Program-made: the position numbers and the translations under genes
In this document: piece after piece, positions 21,826 through 31,039 of the stretch
How the letters are laid out: each line of letters begins with the position of its first letter
Position numbering within the stretch: position 1 is the stretch's first letter
Assembly (NCBI GenBank): GCA_016182555.1
Contig: JACPGJ010000008.1
Span: forward strand, 532,753-596,752
DNA length: 64,000 nucleotides
Direction of reading: 5' to 3'
Origin: Candidatus Kerfeldbacteria bacterium
GTDB taxonomy: Bacteria; Patescibacteriota; Patescibacteriia; UBA9570; XYC2-FULL-38-9
Notes under the pieces: generated by a model
Told to the model about the DNA's origin: nothing
The model's input: only the letters and a program-made list of their open reading frames with translations
Databases searched by the model: none

Positions 21826-23514
21826 TTATTGCCCGTTTTCAAAAATCGGCAGCGTCGAAGCGAAATCGCGAAGGCCCGGTGGGGTGTTCACCAATACACG
21901 ACCGTCGTAATATATGAACTCAGCTGGTTGGTCATCCCCGATTACTCCTTTATATGTACGCTGAAAATGAAATCCTTGTCCCATCATCAACCCATAAACA
22001 ACGAGCTGTGATGCGGAAGCGGGTTCTGTAGTGACCATGCCATTATTCACCACCCCATCACTTTGATCGGCATCACCAATAACGAAAAAAGAACCCACCA
22101 ACTGCGACACATTGGGCCCGATCGTCAGATTACCGCGAACAATCCAAGCAACAGAAGCCAAATTACTCACATCAACCAATGACGATTGTTCGTAAAAAAG
22201 ATTCGCATCAATTTCCAAGTTACCGTTAATCACAAACACGCCGGAACCGTCATAGTCTTTTCCGGTAGAGGAAAGCGCCGTGCCATTCAAAAACGTCATG
22301 GCATGATCAATAATCACGGTCGTATCTGTGGGTTCGTTCGCGTCGCCCAAAACATACACCTGTCCATCTAAAAATAAATTGCTCTCCAAATCATCAATAG
22401 TATCTAGGGTGGATACCTGGTCGTTGTACGCATTTTTATCGCGCTCATCCGTGGTGAGCAGTTTATCAAAATCTAACCGACCCAATTCACTACGATATTC
22501 ATTTTCACTGTTCGGCAAATTCAACGCACCATAGGTTCCAAGAGTACCATCCTCACCGACAGCGGTCGTAAAATTCACAAATTCACTTTCACCCGTGTCC
22601 GCATTGCCGACAATGAGAAACGTAGCGTTGTATTGCGTTGGAGATAAATCTCCATTCGGGTTGATAATACCACCAGCGGCATAAACGTCACCATTGATTG
22701 TCGACAGATAAGGATCATTCGGGTTTGATTCACTCGTACTCGGGAAAAAATTCATCCAACCCAACCCAACCGTTGGGTCATAACTTCCGCTGGGCACGGT
22801 TCCTCCACCCGAAAATACCCACCCGGAAAAGGAATTATTTGTATACAACAAACCAAATTCTTGATTATCTGCAGCATTTGTTCCTCGTAATAATACCCAG
22901 CCCCAATCATTATTCTTGTTGCTCGTGCCGAGAATCGTATCACCATAGGCAGCCAATGTTTCTAAACGTGCCCAACCCGAAATTTCTTTTTTATTGACGG
23001 TATCTACTTCAGCAGCGTGGCACGGTGGTGCCGGATATATGGAACCTGCTGGGCAATTTACCGTATCACCATAAGTGCTGCTATCTGGTAATGGATTTGG
23101 GTGAAAATTCAGCCAACCGGTGGATGCTGGCGGTGCTGAAGCACAAATTCCTTGACACGCAACGGCATCTGCGGCTCCTAACCACGCCCAGCCAGAAATA
23201 TACCCTGTATCGGTATCCACGTTCACTTTTGGGTAATTGCCTAAGCTACTATCACATGAATTATCGCTCGCACAATCGAGATGAATAAATCCAATAGCGG
23301 AATAATCAGAAGTACCGGTCGTCGTGTTCTGGTCAGCTGGTAGGCCAATCCATGCCCACGCACTAAATTCATCATACACTTGTTGGGCAGAAGCGCTGTC
23401 ATACGGAACGACAGTGACAACAAAAAATAACAATACAGCGAGTAAAAAATATTGTATGCGTATACGCGATATCAGCATATGCGTCATCATACGAAAAAAG
23501 GGAGGCCGTGGCAA
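21826..23514 (-). CDS. secreted protein with about seven spaced (S)GW(A/V)(W/F) repeats, directly upstream of pilM
   Basis: Signal peptide (several candidate Met starts). Repeats: FSAWAWIG, ISGWAWLG, STGWLNF, ISGWARL, DWGWVLL, FSGWVFSG, GLGWMNF. No recognisable enzyme motif. Confidence 0.6.
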   Translation of the reverse strand: MPRPPFFRMMTHMLISRIRIQYFLLAVLLFFVVTVVPYDSASAQQVYDEFSAWAWIGLPADQNTTTGTSDYSAIGFIHLDCASDNSCDSSLGNYPKVNVDTDTGYISGWAWLGAADAVACQGICASAPPASTGWLNFHPNPLPDSSTYGDTVNCPAGSIYPAPPCHAAEVDTVNKKEISGWARLETLAAYGDTILGTSNKNNDWGWVLLRGTNAADNQEFGLLYTNNSFSGWVFSGGGTVPSGSYDPTVGLGWMNFFPSTSESNPNDPYLSTINGDVYAAGGIINPNGDLSPTQYNATFLIVGNADTGESEFVNFTTAVGEDGTLGTYGALNLPNSENEYRSELGRLDFDKLLTTDERDKNAYNDQVSTLDTIDDLESNLFLDGQVYVLGDANEPTDTTVIIDHAMTFLNGTALSSTGKDYDGSGVFVINGNLEIDANLFYEQSSLVDVSNLASVAWIVRGNLTIGPNVSQLVGSFFVIGDADQSDGVVNNGMVTTEPASASQLVVYGLMMGQGFHFQRTYKGVIGDDQPAEFIYYDGRVLVNTPPGLRDFASTLPIFENGQ

Positions 23515-23562
23515 TGTGGGGAAACATTGCCAGGGAGTGATCTTTCTGTCTATACTACTCGA

Positions 23563-24730
23563 TATGTTAGAAGAAAAACAATATCAGTATGCGTTTGTGT
23601 TTGGTTCGCACCCAGAACTCTCGATGGCAGAATTAGAAGCGGTGTTGACACAACAAGGCCTAACCATTTTGGAACTGAGGCGCCACCAGCAAATTTGTTT
23701 TGTGCATACGCGTGAGGCGATTGATGCAGGCAATATGATGAACCTGCTCGGCGGAACCGTAAAAATTGTAGAAATGTGTGGCAAGTTTGACGAAGAAATC
23801 TTGATGGATTGGCTGATGATGCAAATCAATACCGAAACAAAATTTCACTTTGGTTTTTCAGTCTATGCGCTGGAGGCCGGCGTTTCGTTGAACAAATATC
23901 TACGGGTCATTCATGCATTGGGTTTACAATTAAAAAAAATATTCAAAGCGGCCGGTATTTCAGCGCGATTTGTGAGTGCAAAAGAAGTGGTACTCTCTTC
24001 CGTGATTGTGCACAAAGAACGGTTATTAAAAAATGGGGTAGAAGTGGTATTGTTCAAAAGCCACGACGGATTATTATTTGGCAAAACGCTTGCTGTTCAA
24101 CCGTTTCAAGAATTTTCTCGGCGCGATTACGGGCGACCATCGCGTGATTTCCGTTCAGGCATGTTGCCACCAAAATTAGCGCGCATGATGGTGAATCTCG
24201 CTCGACCTACTGCAGAGAGTGTGGTGCTCGATCCGTTTTGTGGCTCTGGTACCGTATTACAAGAAGCATTATTACTAGGATATACGCATGTCATTGGCAG
24301 TGATATCAGCGAGAAAGCGATTGCGGATACACGCGAGAACTTAGCCTGGATGAAATTTGAAAACATTCCGTTATTTGTTACAGATGCACGGGATCTGATA
24401 AAAAATCATACGCTACCAGAGCACAGCGTTGACCGAATGGTGTTTGAAGGATTTTTGGGAAAGCCAACACCGCGCGCGGAAAAAATTCCAGGAATTATTC
24501 AGGAGCTGCGCAAACTATATACAGAAACATTTCCGGTGTTAGTGCGCTTGTTAAAACCCAATGGACACATTGTTGCCGCACTGCCCTATTGGTATGCAAA
24601 TAACGCATCACAATTTTTACCCATTGAACAAATGCTGAAATCGGCGGGGTTGCGGTTGGAACGTTCACCGCTCTTTTACCGCCGTCCACAATCAACTGTT
24701 GGCAGACAAATTTTAATTATGGTGAAATAG
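23563..24730 (+). CDS. THUMP-type RNA methyltransferase (UPF0020 / Trm11-RlmL-like)
   Basis: SAM-binding motif VLDPFCGSGT; N-terminal about 150 aa resembles a THUMP-like domain. Start set at MLEEK (23563); the ORF stretch 23324-23562 overlaps the upstream gene and is rejected. Confidence 0.7.
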
Positions 24731-25780
24731 CATCACGTCACCATCTTTGACTGTGTATGTTTTTCCTTCCATACGTACTTTGCCGCTTGTTCGGGCGCCG
24801 CTCCACCCTCCATATTCCACAAAATCAGCATAACTTACCACTTCGGCACGAATGAATCCCTTTTCAAAATCAGAATGAATCACACCGGCAGCTTCAGGTG
24901 CACACGCACCGCGGTGTACGGTCCATGCACGCACTTCTTTCTCCCCTGCCGTAAAATAGGTAATTAAATTGAGCGTTTCATATCCACGGCGAATCAACGC
25001 TGAAAGACCAGTTTCCTTCATTCCTAATTCCTTCATGTATTCCACCGCTTCGTCTTCCGGCAACTGACTCAGCTCGGCTTCTATTTTTGCCGAGATCGCT
25101 ACCGGGTTCAGTGCTTGTAAAAATGTCGGCAAGGTCTCCATGGTGCCACCTTCATCCACATTCGCCACAATCAAAAATGGTTTGCTGGTGAGCAGTTGTG
25201 CCGTACGGGCAATCTCCGCTTCGTCTTCCGTCAACTCCACCGTATTTGCTAATTTCCCTTCTGCAAGCGCCAGATGTAATTTTTTATATACCGCTATTTT
25301 TGCCAACGCTTCTTTATCTTGCCCACGCGCTTTCTTTTCTTCGTTGTGCATCAACTTCTCTACCACTTGCATGTCAGCCATCACCAATTCTAAATGAATG
25401 GTTTCCATATCGCTTTCTGGGTTCGCGCTGCCGGCTACGTGAATAACATTTGGGTCACTAAACACACGCACCACTTCCGCAATCGCATTCACCTCACGAA
25501 TATGTTGCAAAAACTGGTTCCCCAATCCTTCACCTTTGTGCGCACCGGCAACGAGCCCAGCAATATCGACAAATTCAATGGTGGTGGGAATGGTTTTTTG
25601 AGTTTTTGCAATACTGGAAAGTATTTCTAACCGTTCATCGGGTACCGCAACCACGCCCACATTCGGGTCAATGGTGCAAAATGGAAAATTTTCCGCCGGA
25701 ACAGCCGTGCGAGTGAGTGCTTGAAACAAAGTGGATTTACCAACATTCGGCAACCCCACAATTCCTATTTGTAATGCCAT
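24713..25780 (-). CDS. ychF: ribosome-binding ATPase YchF
   Basis: GxxNVGKST Walker A (IVGLPNVGKSTLF) and a C-terminal TGS-like domain, 355 aa. Confidence 0.92.
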   Translation of the reverse strand: MALQIGIVGLPNVGKSTLFQALTRTAVPAENFPFCTIDPNVGVVAVPDERLEILSSIAKTQKTIPTTIEFVDIAGLVAGAHKGEGLGNQFLQHIREVNAIAEVVRVFSDPNVIHVAGSANPESDMETIHLELVMADMQVVEKLMHNEEKKARGQDKEALAKIAVYKKLHLALAEGKLANTVELTEDEAEIARTAQLLTSKPFLIVANVDEGGTMETLPTFLQALNPVAISAKIEAELSQLPEDEAVEYMKELGMKETGLSALIRRGYETLNLITYFTAGEKEVRAWTVHRGACAPEAAGVIHSDFEKGFIRAEVVSYADFVEYGGWSGARTSGKVRMEGKTYTVKDGDVMLFHHN

Positions 25781-26126
25781 ATTCAGAAACTATTTAAGAA
25801 TTTTTTTGTTCAACTATTTTGCGTAATCAAGAAAAAAATCTTGCCACACAGATGGTTTGATGTCAATAATCATTCGCGGGTAATCCTTCACTTCTGTCAC
25901 TTGCATACATTGACTCCCAAACTGCAATAGATCGATATATGTTTCAAATTTTACCTGCGCTTTCGAAATCAATGCGTCAATTGACCTGTTGTTCCAATTT
26001 CCAAATGGCGTATTGCTTTGGATTTTCTTGTAATTGCATCAAATCAACGCTCCAATTATGCATAAAAATTCTTTATTTCTTTACTCATTTTACCCTATTT
26101 TCAGATAAAAAACAAGCTTACGATTT

Positions 26127-26200
26127 CATAATCATATCATTTTATTTGTTTTTTTATATCATTTATGATATATTTATTGCATAAAAATGATATCATTTGA
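26127..26200 (+). promoter_or_regulatory. operator-like palindromes upstream of the Fic/HTH gene
   Basis: ATATCATTTATGATAT (perfect 7-2-7 palindrome, 26156-26171) and AAATGATATCATTT (perfect 14-bp palindrome, 26184-26197), plus a further ATATCAT copy at 26133. Confidence 0.45.
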
Positions 26201-27267
26201 ACATATTCATGAACAAAACCATAACACTCAATAAACGACAGGATGCCATATTGGAATACATAAAAGAGCACGAACAAGCATCTATTGCAGAAATTTTTTC
26301 GTTTATTCAAAAAACATTCCATACTGTTGCAAAAATCACGATCAATAGAGATCTGAAAAAACTGATCAACACCGGTTGGGTTATCCCCCTGGGTGCTGGT
26401 CGGGCAGTGGTATATGAACTCTCACGAACGTATGCATTGCTCCAACCGATTGATGTTGAACACTATTTTTCGGTTGAGCCCGATCAACGCCGCATTCATG
26501 ACACATTTCAATTTGATATATTTTCACAATTGAACAATATATTCTCGGTTGAAGAATTGAACCAGCTGGAATTGTGGCAAAAAAAATATCGCCAAAAAAT
26601 ACAGCAACTCCCTCCAGATGCATTAAAAAAAGAATTCGAGCGCCTCACCATAGAACTCAGTTGGAAATCTTCAAAAATAGAGGGGAATACCTATACGTTA
26701 TTGGAAACAGAAGAACTGATACGTCGACAAAAACAATCTCCAAACCATACTGCTGAAGAAGCGATAATGATTCTCAACCACAAAAAAACATTAAATTATA
26801 TTCAACAAAATACTGAACAGTTTCATACGCTATCGCGCCACACGATTGAAGAGATTCATTCCTTACTGATTGATGGGTTAGGTGTTTCACGAAATGTGCG
26901 AAAAATTTTAGTACGCATTACGGGAACAACATATACTCCACTGGACAATGCATACCAAATTGAAGACGCGCTCGAACAGTTATGCAAACTCATAAACGCT
27001 ACACAAAATCCCTTCGAGAAAGCCGTGATCGCCATGCTCCTTATTGCGTATATCCAACCCTTCGTGGATGGAAACAAACGTACCAGTCGGTTGATTGGAA
27101 ATGCATTGCTCATGGCATACGATTGTTGCCCGTTATCGTATCGCAGCATGGATGAAATGGAATATAAAAAAGCAATGTTGTTATTTTACGAGCAACAACA
27201 CATTGTCTATTTTAAAAAACTATTCTTAGAACAGTACCATTTTGCGATTGATCATTACTTTGGGTAG
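26197..27267 (+). CDS. Fic/Doc-family protein with an N-terminal winged HTH and a substituted catalytic motif
   Basis: Core motif QPFVDGNKRTSR in place of canonical HPFx(D/E)GNGRxxR (Fic) or HxFxDGNKR (Doc). The track ORF starts at a TTG (26197); the first ATG is at 26209. Confidence 0.75.
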   Translation: MNIFMNKTITLNKRQDAILEYIKEHEQASIAEIFSFIQKTFHTVAKITINRDLKKLINTGWVIPLGAGRAVVYELSRTYALLQPIDVEHYFSVEPDQRRIHDTFQFDIFSQLNNIFSVEELNQLELWQKKYRQKIQQLPPDALKKEFERLTIELSWKSSKIEGNTYTLLETEELIRRQKQSPNHTAEEAIMILNHKKTLNYIQQNTEQFHTLSRHTIEEIHSLLIDGLGVSRNVRKILVRITGTTYTPLDNAYQIEDALEQLCKLINATQNPFEKAVIAMLLIAYIQPFVDGNKRTSRLIGNALLMAYDCCPLSYRSMDEMEYKKAMLLFYEQQHIVYFKKLFLEQYHFAIDHYFG

Positions 27268-27272
27268 AAAAA

Positions 27273-28133
27273 CTATTTTTCTATCATTCCCTCAATACGG
27301 CACATCGCCAGCCAAGTGTTTTGCAACAATGATGCCACGGTCATGGGACCAACCCCGCCAGGCACCGGGGTAATATACGCCGCTTTTTCAAACACCGTTT
27401 CATAATCAACATCACCCACCACGCGGCCCTTATGCTTACTAATCCCCGCATCAATCACCATCACTCCCTGTTTCACCATATCCGCGGTAATCAAATTCGC
27501 CACACCAGTTGCGGTAATTAAAATATCTGCTCGCTTGGTATGCTCCGCCAGCCCCTCGGTCAATTTGTGGCAGATGGTCACTGTTGCGCCGTGGTTTAAA
27601 AATAATTGAGCCGTCGGTTTGCCCACAATATTACTCGCGCCCACCATGACCACATGTTTGCCGCGCACATCCATTGGTGTCGATTTTACGAGTGTCCAAA
27701 TACCACGGGTTGTCGCAGGCATAAAATACGGTTTTCCAATCGACAGCCAGCCAACATTTGCCGGATGAAACCCATCCACATCTTTTCGTGGGTCAATCGC
27801 TTCCAAAATTTCATATTGGTTGATATGCGCGGGCAGCGGCAACTGTACCAAAATACCATGAATTTTTTTATTCCGATTCAGCTTATCAATGACACGTAAT
27901 AATTTTTTCTGACTAATGTCTTCCTCAAACTCACAGCTCTCCAACACCATGCCTACTTCCTGTGATGCCTGCGTTTTAAAATTCACATACATCTGTGACG
28001 CCGGATCTACCCCCACCAACACCACACCCAACCCAGGCTTTTTCCCCGACTTCGCAATCTTCCCTTTCAGCTCCATGCGTATCTTCGCTGCCAACCCCTT
28101 GCCATTTAAAATTTTTGTTATATGCTCATTCAT
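27273..28133 (-). CDS. folD: bifunctional methylene-THF dehydrogenase / methenyl-THF cyclohydrolase
   Basis: 286 aa; FolD-family motifs including DVDGF, GKPTAQLFLN and the conserved N-terminal ILNGKGLA segment. Start placed at MNEHITK (28131-28133). Confidence 0.9.
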   Translation of the reverse strand: MNEHITKILNGKGLAAKIRMELKGKIAKSGKKPGLGVVLVGVDPASQMYVNFKTQASQEVGMVLESCEFEEDISQKKLLRVIDKLNRNKKIHGILVQLPLPAHINQYEILEAIDPRKDVDGFHPANVGWLSIGKPYFMPATTRGIWTLVKSTPMDVRGKHVVMVGASNIVGKPTAQLFLNHGATVTICHKLTEGLAEHTKRADILITATGVANLITADMVKQGVMVIDAGISKHKGRVVGDVDYETVFEKAAYITPVPGGVGPMTVASLLQNTWLAMCRIEGMIEK

Positions 28134-28196
28134 AAGGCAGAGTATAGCAGAAAGTTCTCCGCTACTCAACATATCACCAGACCATAAATAACAACT

Positions 28197-29732
28197 ATGC
28201 TAGCAAGTGAATATCGACACGGACCACGCCCAACCCGCGAACAATCATCACCAGACGCTGCGGAACGCATGCTCATTCAAGCGGCAAAAGCAGGTGATAC
28301 CAATGCGTTAGGCACACTATGGCTGCGGCACGAAAAAAAATTACGCGCTGCTGTTTTGGCGCACGTACGGAATAAAACGCTTGCAGACGACATTATGCAA
28401 GATGTGTTTATACAAGCCATGACACATATCACAGACTTCCAAACCGAATCCAGTTTTCATGCATGGATTATGGCTATTGCACGGAATAAGATTATTGATC
28501 GTTCACGAAAAAAATCAGAACGGCTCACTCATTCTCTTGATGCGATAAATACACAACGTGAAGAACGCGGTGAACCAACGGTGGAGCTTGCCGCTTCCGA
28601 AGAGCACGGCCTTGGTAAAAATACAGAAAATGATTTACTCGAAACTGAATCACGAGAGCAACTTCGTGCAGCGATCACCTATTTAAGCCCGGTATTACGT
28701 GATGTCGTTGAGTTATTCTATTTTCAACATACCCCCTATAAAGACATTGCAAAAATAATCGACATTCCACTCGGCACGGTGATGAGCCGGTTAAATGAAG
28801 CAAAGAAAAAATTACAAGAGGTATTAAAACGACACCAACACGCAGAATTTTCACAACGCATCCTTCCACAACACGCAGCGCTAGAAGAGGCCATTCAACA
28901 CATACCAAACGAACGCATGCGCAGAGTGATCTACTTGAGTGAAATACTCAAACTTCCACAAAAAGATATTATTCGACGCACAACATATTCAAAAGGCACC
29001 GTACAATATTGGATACAGCAATGGCGAACCGAATATATTTCCCCCGAACACGCAGCAGTGGCACAGAACAAACAAGCAGCATACCAAGAAGAATGGCAAA
29101 AAAAGATTCAACGATTACGCAACCCGCGTATACGAAAGGTGATGTACCTTACTAAGATTGAGGGAAAAACGCAGAAAGAAATTGCGACCATGATTGGCCT
29201 CTCTGAAACACAAGTAAATCATTATGCACAACTTGGTAAACTAGAACTGGCAACAATGACTGCTGCCAATGAAGCAGAAAACGAACAACGGATAGCACAA
29301 CTGAAAGAACAGATAGCGCGTATCACTCCTGATCAATTAAGAACGATATTGACATTAAAAATGATTGAAGGGAAAACCAATCGGGAAATCGGTGAACGCT
29401 TAGGTGTATCAGCGGGAACAATTTTTAACCGTCTGCAAGAAGGGCAACAACTCTTAAACACCCTGCGTTCTGCAGAAGAAATTGCGCGTACTGAAAAAGA
29501 AAACAGGGAGAAAAAAGAACGGTTGGTTCGCGATATTGCACAAATGCCGAATGAACGCACCCGACAACTGCTAAGCTTATATTTGTTGGAAGCAAAAACG
29601 AGTGAAGAGATAGGCACGCTATTCCATACCGCACCACAAAATATTCGGCGTCAATTACAACGCGCGCAAGCAGAATTGCGAGCACAGCAAGCGACATCAA
29701 CCAGCTCTCACCAGAACCAAGAAGCGGCATAA
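28197..29732 (+). CDS. ECF-type sigma factor with five tandem sigma-4 (region 4.2-like HTH) modules
   Basis: Sigma-2 region (DIMQDVFIQAM...FHAWIMAIARNKIIDRSRKK), then a first sigma-4 (VELFYFQ...DIAKIIDIPLGTVMSRLNEAKKKL), followed by four more HTH modules of the same pattern (IYLSEILKLPQKDI..., MYLTKIEGKTQKEIATMIGLSETQV..., LTLKMIEGKTNREIGERLGVSAGTI..., LSLYLLEAKTSEEIGTLFHTAPQNI...). Confidence 0.75.
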   Translation: MLASEYRHGPRPTREQSSPDAAERMLIQAAKAGDTNALGTLWLRHEKKLRAAVLAHVRNKTLADDIMQDVFIQAMTHITDFQTESSFHAWIMAIARNKIIDRSRKKSERLTHSLDAINTQREERGEPTVELAASEEHGLGKNTENDLLETESREQLRAAITYLSPVLRDVVELFYFQHTPYKDIAKIIDIPLGTVMSRLNEAKKKLQEVLKRHQHAEFSQRILPQHAALEEAIQHIPNERMRRVIYLSEILKLPQKDIIRRTTYSKGTVQYWIQQWRTEYISPEHAAVAQNKQAAYQEEWQKKIQRLRNPRIRKVMYLTKIEGKTQKEIATMIGLSETQVNHYAQLGKLELATMTAANEAENEQRIAQLKEQIARITPDQLRTILTLKMIEGKTNREIGERLGVSAGTIFNRLQEGQQLLNTLRSAEEIARTEKENREKKERLVRDIAQMPNERTRQLLSLYLLEAKTSEEIGTLFHTAPQNIRRQLQRAQAELRAQQATSTSSHQNQEAA

Positions 29733-29735
29733 CCC

Positions 29736-30980
29736 TTAATAGAGTGGGAATTGCTGCGTCAATCTTTTAACGGTTGCTTTTGCGGTTGTTTGAATTGTTG
29801 TGTCTTTTGGATTGCGAAGTAATTGAATAATGAGCTGGCCAATGTGCTGCATTTCGGGCTCTTTCATACCACGTGTCGTGAGAGCGGGTGTACCGATGCG
29901 TATACCACTTGGGTCGAGCGGTTTACGCGGGTCATTCGGAATCACATTTTTATTCACCGTAATACCCACTGCATCTAATACGGTTTCTGCTTCATGCCCC
30001 GTAAGACCCAGCGGAACAACATCAGCAAGGATTAAATGATTATCGGTTCCGCCAAACAACACTCGCAAACCACCGGCGCGTAATTCTTCACACAACACGT
30101 GGGCGTTTGCCACCACCTGCGCCGCATACTGCGAAAACTCCGGCGTTGCCGCTTCTTTCAGCGCCACCGCCAGTGCCGCAATCTGGTTTTCATGCGGGCC
30201 ACCTTGCAAACCCGGAAACACCGCCTTATCTATCGCTTTTGCAAACTGGGCTTTGCATAAAATCATACCGCCACGCGGGCCGCGCAATGTTTTGTGAGTC
30301 GTCGTGGTCACAATGTCCATAATCGGCACCGGATTGCGCAATACACCGCCCGCTACCAACCCCGCGATGTGTGCCATATCCATCATACTCACTGCACCCA
30401 CTTCCTGTGCAATGGCATGAAATGTTGAGTAATCCAATTCACGGGAATATGCAGAAAAACCACACAACACAATCTTTGGTTTTTCTTGTAACGCGATTTG
30501 ACGAACAGCATCATAATCAATCTCTCCTGTTTCTGGGTCGCAGGTATAGCGCACAAATCGATACACTTTTGCACTTAATGTTATCGGGTGGCCATGGGTA
30601 AGGTGCCCACCATGGCCTAAGTCCATTCCCAAAATGGTGTCGCCTGGTTTACAGAACGCGGAGTAGACCGCAATGTTCATTGGCGCGCCGGAAAGCGGCT
30701 GCACGTTTGCGTGCTCTGCACCGAATAATGCCTTCGCTCGGTCGATCGCGGTTTGTTCAATAATATCAATGAATTGATTTCCACCATAATACCGCCGACC
30801 CGGGTATCCTTCGGCATATTTATTCGACGCCACAGAACCCAACGCTTCCATAACTGCAGGTGACATAAAATTTTCCGAAGCAATCATTTCTAAACTCTGT
30901 TGTTGCCGTTGCAACTCCTGTTCCAATGCATCTGCAATGGCGGGATCTTTTTGGCGAATGTGTGGATACGATATATGCAT
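29736..30980 (-). CDS. glyA: serine hydroxymethyltransferase
   Basis: PLP-lysine motif TTTTHKTLRGPRGG, 414 aa. Confidence 0.95.
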   Translation of the reverse strand: MHISYPHIRQKDPAIADALEQELQRQQQSLEMIASENFMSPAVMEALGSVASNKYAEGYPGRRYYGGNQFIDIIEQTAIDRAKALFGAEHANVQPLSGAPMNIAVYSAFCKPGDTILGMDLGHGGHLTHGHPITLSAKVYRFVRYTCDPETGEIDYDAVRQIALQEKPKIVLCGFSAYSRELDYSTFHAIAQEVGAVSMMDMAHIAGLVAGGVLRNPVPIMDIVTTTTHKTLRGPRGGMILCKAQFAKAIDKAVFPGLQGGPHENQIAALAVALKEAATPEFSQYAAQVVANAHVLCEELRAGGLRVLFGGTDNHLILADVVPLGLTGHEAETVLDAVGITVNKNVIPNDPRKPLDPSGIRIGTPALTTRGMKEPEMQHIGQLIIQLLRNPKDTTIQTTAKATVKRLTQQFPLY

Positions 30981-31039
30981 TTCTCTACTCTACCCAACTC
31001 TTGATTTTTTGGCAAAAAATTGCTATACTTTCTTGTAAT

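Noticed and set aside
23324-23562. N-terminal 80-aa extension of the methyltransferase ORF.
   Set aside because: It overlaps the 3' coding region of the upstream secreted-protein gene on the other strand and is Cys/Arg-rich noise. A clean start, MLEEK, lies at 23563.
25939-26184. 81-aa ORF in the AT-rich intergenic region upstream of the Fic gene.
   Set aside because: It is a low-complexity Phe/Ile/Tyr-rich translation of AT-rich promoter/operator DNA, with no start context.
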